DNA of 64,000 nucleotides from positions 310,001-374,000 of the forward strand of contig NW_021831989.1 in the NCBI RefSeq assembly GCF_006345805.1. The letters run 5' to 3'. Both the position numbers and the translations under genes were made by a program. Below are positions 1-10,604 of this stretch, piece after piece. The stretch is from Octopus sinensis (Eukaryota). The notes below the pieces were generated by a model. The model was not told where the DNA came from and searched no databases. It worked only from the letters and a program-made list of their open reading frames with translations. Every line of letters starts with the position of its first letter. Position 1 is the first letter of the stretch.

Positions 1-1199
1 AATTTCATTTGAAAAATCGCAAATTCTTGATATTAATTAATTTTTACTTATTTTTGACTTTAATGCAGATTCTTCTAGCTTTAATAGTCCAAGTTGTTTT
101 TCGACATAATCACTAACAGCATCATTCAACATTTTATTTTTTATTTTAAATTTTTTAATAAATTAATTAAACTAGTATGAAATGGTTTTTTTGTTTTTCG
201 ATGCCTGCAATACTAGAAATCTTAATTCGAATTATTTACGACTTGGAATTCTCGATTTGTAAAAATCGTAATCCAGAATTTAATTTAAAAGCAGAACTTA
301 ATTTTACTGAAAAGGTTGCCAAATCATATTAAAAATCTCAATTATTTTTTTTTTAAATTGAATTTAACTGAAAAATATTTACTACAAAATAATACTATTT
401 ATGAGATAGCACTTTAAAATGATTGATGATACATAAGATTAGTAGTGCAGCAGTTCTGAGACACAGTATATATCTACAAAGTGTTTTAACGCATAAAGAG
501 TTTTTTGTCGTCAATACATTGAAATTTATAAATATCAGCTAATTTTTTTTTTAATTGAAATGTTTTTGCAACACGTTATCTAAATTTTTATTAAACGAAA
601 AAGTATTGCAAGATAGTGTTCAAATAAAATTTCAAAACTGGCATTTATAATCTACCCAGCGTCATCGTCAATATAGAAAAATTTTAATATTCAAAAATTG
701 GATTGAAATTTTTTACATGAACGGCCAAGAAATTCTTTCCGCACATAAATGCTTCTTTTCTTTCTTTCATAATTTAATATTTCTAATCTATAAAATTTTC
801 TTTGGGGTAAAGTCTTGTCATTGTTCCCACCCGTGAGGCGACGAGTCCATCTGGCACGGCACAGATGTAGAAAGGGGACCTCCTACCTTCCCTTGATCAC
901 ATTACCAATGAAAAAATCTCCATTATGTAAAACTCTTCCGAAAACAAGTAATGTGGAATGAGCAAGACTGACAAATGGGAACTGGGCACATCAGATATTC
1001 TCCAGCTCTCTTTGGATCCGGAAGGCTGTATTGAAGATTTGGAGGCTAATGCTGATCGGCACAGACAGTTCCTTCTTTTCTTCTTCTTTATTCGATTAGT
1101 TAGCTGTGACTGTTTGTGCTGGGGTTGCTATGCAAACTTGGGGGTTAATAAATAAATAAAATCAAATTTTCTTAATATATTTTCCTGCACAAAAAATCG

Positions 1200-1530
1200 C
1201 CCGTGTGTACTTGAAGATGACAACTAGAGTCCCCACTTCTACCATTTTTGGTGATCGCCTGGCTTTCAGTTTAAGTAAATCTTCACATTTCCATCATGTG
1301 TTCTAATTTCTCCTTTTTTGACAAAAATCTTCAAATCATCGATAAATAAAAAATGATATGTAGAAAATTGGTTAATATATTTGAATATTTTCAAGATAAA
1401 ATCCTACTTAATGGATTCACGACTGTGAGTCATTTGGAAATATACCACGTTTAATATTAACTGTTCCAACTTTTCTTTTCTCTCCAGTTAGGGATTATTT
1501 GCACCATAAATTTTGTTATCCATTCAGGAT
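1200..1530 (-). mobile_element. Degraded R4/Dong-like non-LTR reverse transcriptase remnant
   Basis: Minus-strand frames give VNIKRGIFPNDS (cf. IKRGIFQGDSLSP) and LFIDDLKIF (cf. LYMDDLKLY), with stops and frameshifts. Confidence 0.5.
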
Positions 1531-1879
1531 GTACTAAATTTTTCAAAACTTCAAAAAAAATCCACTAGTTACTAAATCCAAATTTTTTACATCGATTTAC
1601 GTACATTTTAATTTATTTTCATATACTTATTAACAACTCTACGCGTGCATATGTCCAGACAATCGTAATCAAGAAATCACTGGAGAGCATGCGTCCAAAG
1701 TACAAACTCCTGCCTACAATGGCGAAGCATGCAATTAGCGCATCTCCAAATGAGACCATAGAATCGGACTCGAGAACAACCACAAAAGTGGCCTGCCCTG
1801 TAAAACAAAATAACGTTAATAAAGTTATCTCGCTTTTGTCACCCTCTCCTGGATGCGTTTTGTTAATCGCTTCCAAGTC

Positions 1880-2375
1880 CCTCTGTTCCTCGACAGTTTC
1901 CTCAGGTGCTTAAGATAGTTTGCTGATTTCAACCCTTTTCCAATCAAAGTTAGGTCTTGATGCAGAAGGGTTGCTAATGTGGTCTTCCTTATAAGGTCGT
2001 TCCCGGATGGGGAGCGTAGTGGTGTTCCATTACGAGATTTGCAGGAGTTTTCCTGTCCATTCTTAGGATGTGACCGAATAAGCCCCATCTATTACTTCTT
2101 ATTTCTTCGTCAAATGGATGTACATTGTAATTGGAGTAGAGATGTTTGTTTGATATGCGTTTTGGCCATAGGATTCTTAGGATGTATTTCAGCTGCATTC
2201 TATGAAAGGAATTTAAATTTTCTATTTCGTGTACTGTGAGTGCCCGAGAGGAGAAGTTGTACAATAAGACTGGTTTTAAGAACATATTGTATAGTTTGGT
2301 TTTTAAAGATGCAAAAATTTGTTTACCTCTCAACCATACGTTGTTTAATCTTTTAAGCGTGAAAGTTGCTGACAT
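1880..2375 (-). mobile_element. RTE-clade LINE, 3' fragment
   Basis: ORF 1989-2375 (LYNMFLKPVLLYN...RWGLFGHILRM) is the RTE post-RT C-terminus and is homologous to the copies at 8-9.6 kb and 28.2-28.7 kb. Confidence 0.85.
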
Positions 2376-2902
2376 TATTAATATTCTGATGTATTGAAAA
2401 ATATCACAAAAATGATGAAATTTCAGATAACATGATTATTAAAAAACCAAATCAAGAAATAATCTGAATTCAATTAAATAAAGAAAGTAAAATTAAGTAA
2501 AATAAGAACAAATACAAGCTAAATTGATTAGAACAATGTTTTTATTTTTTCTAATAAATTATTTTTGTGGTGATCATTTGTGATTTTATGCAATAATTTT
2601 TATCTAACTGAGATATGATAAATGATTTTACATGGTTTTTCAACATCAGATAAAAAATTCTTTAAATTTGTGATTTTTTAAGACTTTTTTAAAAGAACAT
2701 AAATTATATTATTCCACTTGCTAAAACTAATTATAGTTCATTTAAAAATATAAGTTTTGATCAAAAGTCCCTTTGAGTATTTGTAGAGATCCAAAATCGA
2801 AAATGTTAGCTTTTGTTTTTTTTTATCTAAAAACACAATCAGACAAGATAAAGCCAAACGAGTCAGTGATATAAAAGTAAATAACCGTCATTTCTGTTTA
2901 AA

Positions 2903-5900
2903 ATGAACGACCTCGTCGGTATCTTTACTAGAAAACACTACCACAATATATCTCCCGATGAACATAATCAAAATCGTCACATTACTTTATTCAAACTAAC
3001 AGCAATGAGTATATTTACTACAAATACAAACAGGCACTGGATGTATCATCGGAGCAGGGGTGTACATGGCCTCAGGACTAATGATCAATCAACAAGCCGG
3101 GCCTGCCACGATCATATCCTTTCTACTTGCCGCCCTGATGACCATTCTAATTGGTGGTCCTCAGTTCCCTTACTTTGAAGGATTGATGTATGCGGAAGTG
3201 GGAACTCGAATGCCCCTATCTGGGTCCTTCTATGCATTCGGGTATGCCGTGTATGGCGAAATGACTGCCTTTGTCATTGGATTTTTGTTTTTTCTGTCAT
3301 ACTTGTTTGGTATCATTTGATCTCAACTGTAGGTGCGGTCATAACTGTCAAGTCACTGTCCTTTTATATTGACTCATTGTGCAATTACGTAATTTCCAAT
3401 TACTTTTCAACGTTCAGAATAACCCAGTTGGAATATTTTGAGAGTATTTTTAATCCACTACCAATCGGAGTCTCTTTTATCTTTTCGGGTTTTGTCCTTT
3501 GATCATTTCAGTCCTTTTTCTATTCAAGTCTAAGGATTCTAGCAAGGTTGCAGTCTATTTAGTGTCCGTCAATATAATTGTCCTCATCACCGTGGTCATT
3601 GGAGGCGCGAATTCGACGGAAATTCAAAATTGGAGTCTACCTCCTGTTTTTTACGGAAAACATATATTTAGACCAGTGATTCTCAGCTTTTTTGCTCAGG
3701 GGCCGCAAATTAAAAAAAAAAATTTACAGGGGCCGCAAATAATTTTTAAGAATTATTTATTAACCAAATAATCAAAATTAGGTTTAATTCTACTTGTTGA
3801 AGTACGTAACAAATCACTCAGATGAGTATCAGTCAATCTGCTGCGAACTTTGTTTTAATTCGAACGAGTTTACTAATGTCGATTCGCAGACATATGTTGA
3901 TCCAAACATTGCTAAATTTTTCTTTGCATTATTGACTAAATTCGGAAATCGGTTCTCTGGAATTCTCGAATAAAAGTCAATTATTGAAATGTTGTTGAAC
4001 AAACTTTTCAGTTCAACATCATTTTGCAAATCAATCAATTCCAGTTGGTAAATCCCGGAAACCTCCTCACTTTTCATAATTAATGGAGATGCAAATAATC
4101 TCATTGAATTTGCACCTTCTTTAAAGCTCTGTCAGCTTAAATTAAATACTAAAAACCTGAAATCTTGCATCAAATTGCAAATTTAAATCTTCAATTATTT
4201 TTAAATATTTATCAGTTGGAGAAAAAATCTGTGTTCCTTTAGTTTCTCCGTGAAGTGAATTCAATGAAAAAAATTCTTCGTATACTCGAAAGTCAGATGT
4301 TACTCCCCTTATAAACACTACTAATTGTTCGATATCTGAATATCTTTGGAACAATCAAGCGCAAAAGATAATATTGAAAATCTTTACAAATTCTAAAAAT
4401 TACAAAACAATTTGCATACTGTAAAAGTTCGTTAATCAGATTATCAGATATATCACTGACTCTTCTAGTAACAGTATCGTTACTTAGAGGTAACTTGTGT
4501 GCAATATCGAAAACAGCGGGCGAACAACATTCCGATGCAAATATTTCGATTGCCGTTTTATATAATTCGCCATCAGAATAAGGCTTCATATTTTTAGCCA
4601 ATAGGTAACTAATTTTGTATGATGCCAGGTTAATATTAGACGAAATGTGCCACTTTTGAAAGTAAATGATCGTTTTAAATAATCTTCTTTCATTTGTTTT
4701 AGTTTTTTCGTCCGAGAAACACCAGTGAATTTGTCATAAAGAATAGAGTGGAAACGGTAGTGCCGTTCGATTGTATACGTTTTTAGAGTTGCAATAATAG
4801 AATGGCATATTAGGCAAAGAGCCTTTCCATTGATCTCAATAATGAAATATTTTTCTTCCCAGATGTGTTGAAAAATCCTATTTTCCTCGGAAAGTTTTCG
4901 ACAACGTTTAGAATCAGACATCACAACAACAAATAAAAAACGTGACATTTTTGTCACCGGCCACAACTGTTACTCCGCCAGATGTGTTACACAACATCAA
5001 ATTGTCAAGTTGGAAAAAACTTAAAACATGAATCCTTTGGTATATTTCTATGAAATCAAAGAAAACTTATAAATTTTTAAAAAATATTGATGTTTTTTTA
5101 AATTACAAATACACGTAAAAATGCGTTTAGTGCAAGTAACAAAGGAAGACTTAGAATTACTTAAGGAACTTAAGAGCAATCCTGAGCTCGTATTCGTCAG
5201 CAGGACGCTTTCGCGGATGCAAAGATCAAGACTACTGAAATTAGCAAATAAATTTGATTTTTTGGATGGAGCTCCATATATCACTAAAGATGGACTTAAA
5301 TTAAGATTTTTCTGCAGCGATGAAGCTGAACTTAAAGATAAATATATTGAAGTTTGCATAATAAATGTTTATTTCAATTGGCTGAACATAATTTGAATCA
5401 TTTTGGTCGAGACCGGTTGTTTTCAAAATTGGCGCGCTTATACCACGGAATATCACGTGCAGAGATCAATCGTGTCATAAAACGATGTATTCCTTGCCAG
5501 GTTTTAAGTTTTTTTTATTAATTTTTTAGTCAAAAAAATCATTGGCTACTAAACCCCCAGTTACGCCGATCATTGCAAGGCGGAGTCGCGATCGGTATAT
5601 CGCCGATTTAGTGGACCTAAGGAGATATTCAGATATTAATGATTCTTATAACTGGGTACTTTTGGCTATATAAAGATTAGATTCTTGTAATTGTCGATTC
5701 TTTTTCGAAATTCGCGATAGTTGAGTTATCTTTTACCAAAAGAGCTCATGAAATTGCTTCGTTATTTCAGAACATTGTTGGCAGCTGATAAAATGGCTCA
5801 GAGAAGAAAATGGAAGTATGACGAGGCTACTTTTAGTGTAGGAGAGATAGTAATCTTAAGGTATTTGGGATGTATAAACATGTAATTAGGCAAGATAATG

Positions 5901-7719
5901 ACGCTAACAAACGACAATATCCACTTTATGATGGATTAGAGATGGTGAAATACACAATTGTGGCAAAAGACGATTTTGTAGTAACAATACAAAGTGAGAC
6001 AGGTGACATGTATGAGAAAATACATGTTTCACGCTTAATTAAAATTGGGAATGATCCTTCTTTTTTGTGATTCCTTGATAGAAAACGTTTTAAACTAATA
6101 AGAGGCTTTTAAAATTTTTTTTATTAAAAAAAAAGAATAATTATTTAATAAAAAAAAGATATGGATAAGCCAAAATTAAATAGATTGCTAAATAATTTAA
6201 AACTCATATTTTACACGGTATGTTGGTTTTTGGGAAAAAATTCATGTTTCAGTCCAAATTTTTTCTATTCAGAAAAGCATATTTTTGCGAACAATTAGGT
6301 TATGCTTTGTATTAATTTTTAATTTTAAAAGTTTTTATTTCTATTTATATGAATTTTTAGTGTAACATATCTGGCGGAGTAACAGTTGTGGCCTGTGACA
6401 TTTTTTTATTCATAAAATTTAAAAATATTAAATTAAAAAATAAAACATTTATAAAACCTAGGGGCCGCAAATTAAATCCTAGGGGCCGCACTTGAGAATC
6501 ACTGATTTAGACCAACAAATCTGCGGGGGAGGACTTTCACGGAAACGGAGGATTTGTCCCTTACGGCTTCTCAGGGATTTTTGTGGGGACTTTGGCAGCT
6601 TTTTTTTGTCTGTCGGGGGTTGAAATCATTGCCGGGATCGGTTAAATGTTCCCTAGTTATCCCACAGCCGGGGAAGTGAAGAACCCAACGAGGACCATTC
6701 CCCTGGCTACTGTGTTATGCATAGTGGTGGCCACAATGGCCTATGTCTCTACCACCGTGGTGATCTCTTTGATGATACCTTACTATGAAATCGACATCAA
6801 GGCACCTTTCTTGGTGGCATTTCTTCACAAGGGGAAACCAGTTCTGGGTTATGTAATCTCCGTTGGTTGCATCTGCGGCATGCTTTCAAAGTCAAAAAGT
6901 TATCTTACATTTAGTCTGTTCGGGTTGGTTTTTACGGGGTCTCGTTTAATGTACTCAATGACGTTGGATGGGTTTTTTCCGAGGATCCTTTTTCACCCCG
7001 ACGACGAAGTAATGGTTAGGAGAGCCTGTCTAGTCCTATGTGCTTTAACTGGTACAATTACTCCCTTATTTAAGGGGTTTTGTCTTTGTTTTTTACCGCT
7101 GAATCAGCTTTGAGTATTTGTGAGGTTTGCTTGCTTGTGCCCACAATCATTTTGAATGTTATTATAGTCAACGTTCGGTTCATTTTTTGCTTATTTTTAG
7201 TTATTCTAACAAACCAGGCAAAGATTTCCTCTCAGTGAAACAAATTAAAGTTGCCAGAGTTATGACTAGTATATCTAGTATTTATACATGTATATATTTT
7301 GTAGCACTATGTACGTTGTTTATTGCAATTTTGATGAAATTTCCGATTCAGAATTTGGTTATTTATTCTTCGTTGATGGGGCTGCTGGGTATAGGCTTGA
7401 TTGGGTGCCTCGTCGTTTTGCAGAGGATCCCAAAACAAGGAGAAAGAGGGGTTTATAAGGTTCCATTTTTTAATATTTGTAGACACCGTTTGTGTCTGTT
7501 CTTCCGGTTATTTCGAATTTTTTTATTTTTGTTCTTTTGGTGTACGCGGATGGGAAACAGTGGATATTATTTGGTGGAATATTTATAATTTGTATTTATT
7601 TTCTGGTTATTTTAGTTTTTGTTATTTATATTTTGTCAACTATCATTTCAATAATGAAACAAAGTTCGGAAATAAAGAAATGTAAAAATAATCAAAAAAA
7701 TCAATCCAGTGAACTTTAA
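2903..7719 (+). CDS. SLC7A1-like: Cationic amino acid transporter (SLC7A1-4/CAT family), multi-exon, with a 2.9-kb transposon-filled intron
   Basis: Spliced translation gives GTGCIIGAGVYMASG, AGPATIISF, YAEVGTRMPLSGSFYAF, GGFVPYGFSG, GEVKNPTRTIP, SRLMYSM..DG and TPFVSVLP, colinear with CAT proteins. The small introns are 22-27 nt GT-AG and I found no disabling lesion in the exons. Confidence 0.92.
3674..6504 (-). mobile_element. Buster/SPIN-type hAT DNA transposon, internally deleted and degraded
   Basis: TIRs CAGTGATTCTCA / TGAGAATCACTG. 8-bp TSD ATTTAGAC at 3666-3673 and 6505-6512 (central TA). Frameshifted GTF2IRD2-like transposase pieces at 4586-4966, 4293-4601 and 3829-4104 (MFGSTYVCE). 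Confidence 0.95.
4952..6400 (+). mobile_element. Ginger-like (integrase-type DDE) DNA transposon nested in the hAT
   Basis: About 40-bp TIRs TGTCAC(C/A)GGCCACAACTGTTACTCCGCCAGAT(G/A)TGTTACA and an apparent 4-bp TSD TTTT. The spliced gene gives HFGRDRLF...CIPCQ (HHCC), RYIADLVDL..YNWILVIVDSFSKF and a GPY/F-like C-terminus; the middle of the core is deleted. Confidence 0.85.
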
Positions 7720-8173
7720 TCATAACATTGTTTCTATTTTTCTAATGAATTATTCATGTGTAGATTTTAGACAAAAACTGACAATATTTAAATCAAAAAG
7801 AAAAAAGCTAGATGTTAGCTAGAGTAAGTGGCTGAAAGGGAAGTCGAGAGTCTAAGGGTCAGATCAATGACACTGCACTGCGTATTGAATGATAGTTTTG
7901 CGAAGTACGGCGATCGACATTCGCTGAAAGAGCCAACTCGTCCCTTCGATTGTCTATTTTCAAGGAGATTCAGGAATACCTTTCCATTTGGTATTTTTGA
8001 TAAAACTTGTATTTTATAAAGGAATTAGTACATTTTCTCCATGTTCGGTGAAATAATCGTTCATTGCCCGATTGGCCGGAGCTCTGGGGTCCATTCGCAA
8101 AATATGGCCAAATAATTTCCACCGGCCTCCAACGATTTCTTGAGACAACGGCGTAGCATCGTAATGTCTATAC

Positions 8174-8860
8174 CAGCGGTTCTCAAATGCGGCCCCCAGG
8201 ATTTTTTTTGCGGCCCCTCTAGAGTAACTAACTTTTTTAATTTTTTAATAATGTTCAAATTTAATTATTTTTCTTTCAAAAAAAAAATTATTCATTCTTA
8301 AGGTTAAACATATCCATAATTGGTGATTTCATTAATCAATTTGAAGCACGTTTTGGGGTACATTTATATAAATTTAATTTTTAGAATTTTAAAGAATTCC
8401 TTCCTTTAATGAAAATATTCGAAACTCCATTCAGCGTGGAAATTAAGGATGCGCCTGCAAAGTTTCAACTAGAACTCATTAATTTACAACATTAATTTGG
8501 GTGGTCTAATCACCAAAAAAACAGGTGATCCGCGGGAGACGTCGTGGCTCTTCCAGAGGATTTCGTGTGCAATTGTCCGCGGAAATTCACACGCTATCCT
8601 AGGGTCATACTAATTAATTCAATCGATTTTGTTATTTACAACATGATATAGAACTGGCGGCATTGTTCAAAAATGCGTCCATTATTAATTTTACGAATTA
8701 ATTCCTCAAGACAAATGCATATATGAATCTACATATTTATGCGAATCAATATTTAGTAAAATGGAAAATATAAAAATATATATAATATTTTTTGTGCGGC
8801 CCGCGAAGCTAATCTTAATTATCGATTTGGCCCTTGAGCTAAAAAGGTTGAGAACCCCTG
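8174..8860 (+). mobile_element. Non-autonomous Buster hAT inserted in the RTE
   Basis: TIRs CAGCGGTTCTCA / TGAGAACCCCTG; TSD GTCTATAC at 8166-8173 and 8861-8868; a deletion derivative of the 12283-13651 element. Confidence 0.95.
8492..8633. mobile_element. 142-bp GC-rich structured insertion with a 10-bp target duplication
   Basis: ATTTACAACA flanks both sides (8482-8491, 8634-8643). The sister hAT copy has a single ATTTACAACA near 13123. Confidence 0.75.
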
Positions 8861-9789
8861 GTCTATACAGTAATAGATTGTTAATTTTTGATGGCCAGTG
8901 TATTCCGTGTAAGAGACGTAGTTGTTTACGGTGAAAAGAGTCTATAGTCTTCAGTTCAGTGTCCGAGATCCCCCATGTTGATGAGTTGTATAGTAGAACA
9001 GGCTTTACGAATGCATTATAAAGCCTTGATCTGAGGGCCCGATTTATCGGCCAAGCTTGGAGCCATTTTTTACGTATTCTGCTCAGAGCCGCGGTAGCAA
9101 GCATCTTTCTGCGAGAAATGTCTTCACTGTCTCCAAGTAGGGAGCCGAGTTTGTTGACGTTTCTCGATGTTTCAACAAACTCGTTTTATCTCCGGCAATT
9201 CAGTTTTGGAAGTGTTAATTATCAGGAACCATTTGTTAAGCACCCGTGGGGAATTGTTTAGTAGATAAATTAGATCATCTATGTTGTCCGAGGCAAAGTC
9301 CACATCGTCGGCATATACAATTTCGGTGATAGAATCATTATAGAAAGTTCTCAAATCTCTCAAGGCGGCTTCCAGATAGATTAAAAATAGCAGGGGGGAA
9401 AGAGAGAATCTCCTTGAGACGTGCCGACATTCGATTTCGTGGAAGACCTAGATCTACTCTTTCGGCAGTTCTGGAAAGGGATCTCAGACTTCATGGCAAA
9501 AGTTTCAAAAACTGGGACGACTTAGAATCTTTGCCGGATCTCGCCCGCAACAGAGGGGCATGGACGAGGATGGTCCAGAAGATTGTTTTGCTTGTGACAC
9601 GTGTCGGATTATAACTTTGTGTTCCTACGGAATGTGTTAATTGCAGACTGACTGGAGAGTGGGGTTTTCTTTTAAAGGTCAAACAAATAATCCTTCTTAT
9701 CTTGTATTCTTTGTTTCTTCTACATGTCCATCAATTGATTTCATAGCATTGATCCCCCTGTATTCTGCACAACAGCATTTTGTAATTAT

Positions 9790-10150
9790 TCCAGTAATTT
9801 ACATTGCAAAAGTAAACATGAAGAGTGAATCCCACTCCTCTCCTTAGTCCTGGTGAGATACAATCCCTTTGCTATTTTTGATAAACTTGTAATTCCAGGG
9901 ACAGTCTGGTTTACTGAAAAATATGTCTACAGAGTAATGCTTCGATTGAATAACAATAGGGGAGCGGGTTATGACAATATTTGCTAAGCGCACCGACCAA
10001 GCCTGCAGAAAGGATAATCTTTATATTCCAGTAATTTACATCACAAAAGTAAACATGGTGAGTGAATCCAACTCCTCTCTTTAGTCCAGTAATTTACATC
10101 GCAAAAGTAAACATTATAAGTGAATCCCACTCTTCTCCTTAATCCAGGTG
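9790..10150. repeat. Three imperfect copies of a ~60-bp unit
   Basis: CCAGTAATTTACATYRCAAAAGTAAACAT...AGTGAATCC..CTC.TCT.CTTA near 9791, 10028 and 10086. Confidence 0.8.
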
Positions 10151-10604
10151 AGATGCATTTCATTTGCTATTTTGATAATTTTTGTGAAAAAGTATTCCTG
10201 AGTGCTCAAATTATATCTTACGTTTTCAATCAACATATTTTTACATAAATCGATCTTGGACCTCAGTTGGTCAAAGTCATGGCTATTTTCTGCGGAAAAC
10301 TCGTTTTGCAAACACTGAACAACATATTCTTCGTCGTCATTTTTTGACTTGAGGTTGTATATTAACTTCAAGACATTGAGGGTTGATCACACGTTTGTAA
10401 GTTGAGCTATTTTTTACACATTTTGTAATGTTCGTCATAGTTATTGGAATAACTGCTATTAACATTATTAATAATATTCTGATTAACTGCCATTAAACAT
10501 GTAAGCTGACTAATTCACTTCGGCAGGCAACAATAATTACATAGCCCTCTTAATTAATCAGACTTAAAAATGATAAAACTGAGTACAAACCGATGTTTAA
10601 TAAC

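Larger units (their letters stand above)
8032..9640. mobile_element. RTE LINE copy with an inverted 5' segment (8032-9433 minus; 9434-9640 plus)
   Basis: Minus strand: NVGTSQGDS..PLLF, YADD, LYNAFVKPVLLYN through DYFTEHGE. Plus strand: RGRPRSTL...VTRVGL* plus the 3' UTR shared with the 28.2-kb copy. Confidence 0.9.

Noticed and set aside
130-760. Possible MULE transposase remnant (IDDDAG..INA; YCRH) on the minus strand
   Set aside because: Too decayed; the motifs are short and no TIR or TSD is visible.
8492-8633. Hammerhead or HDV-like ribozyme in the GC-rich islands (also tested at 12110-12250 and 21745-21875)
   Set aside because: No CUGANGA/GAAA core and no consistent P1/P1.1/P2/P3 pairing found by hand.
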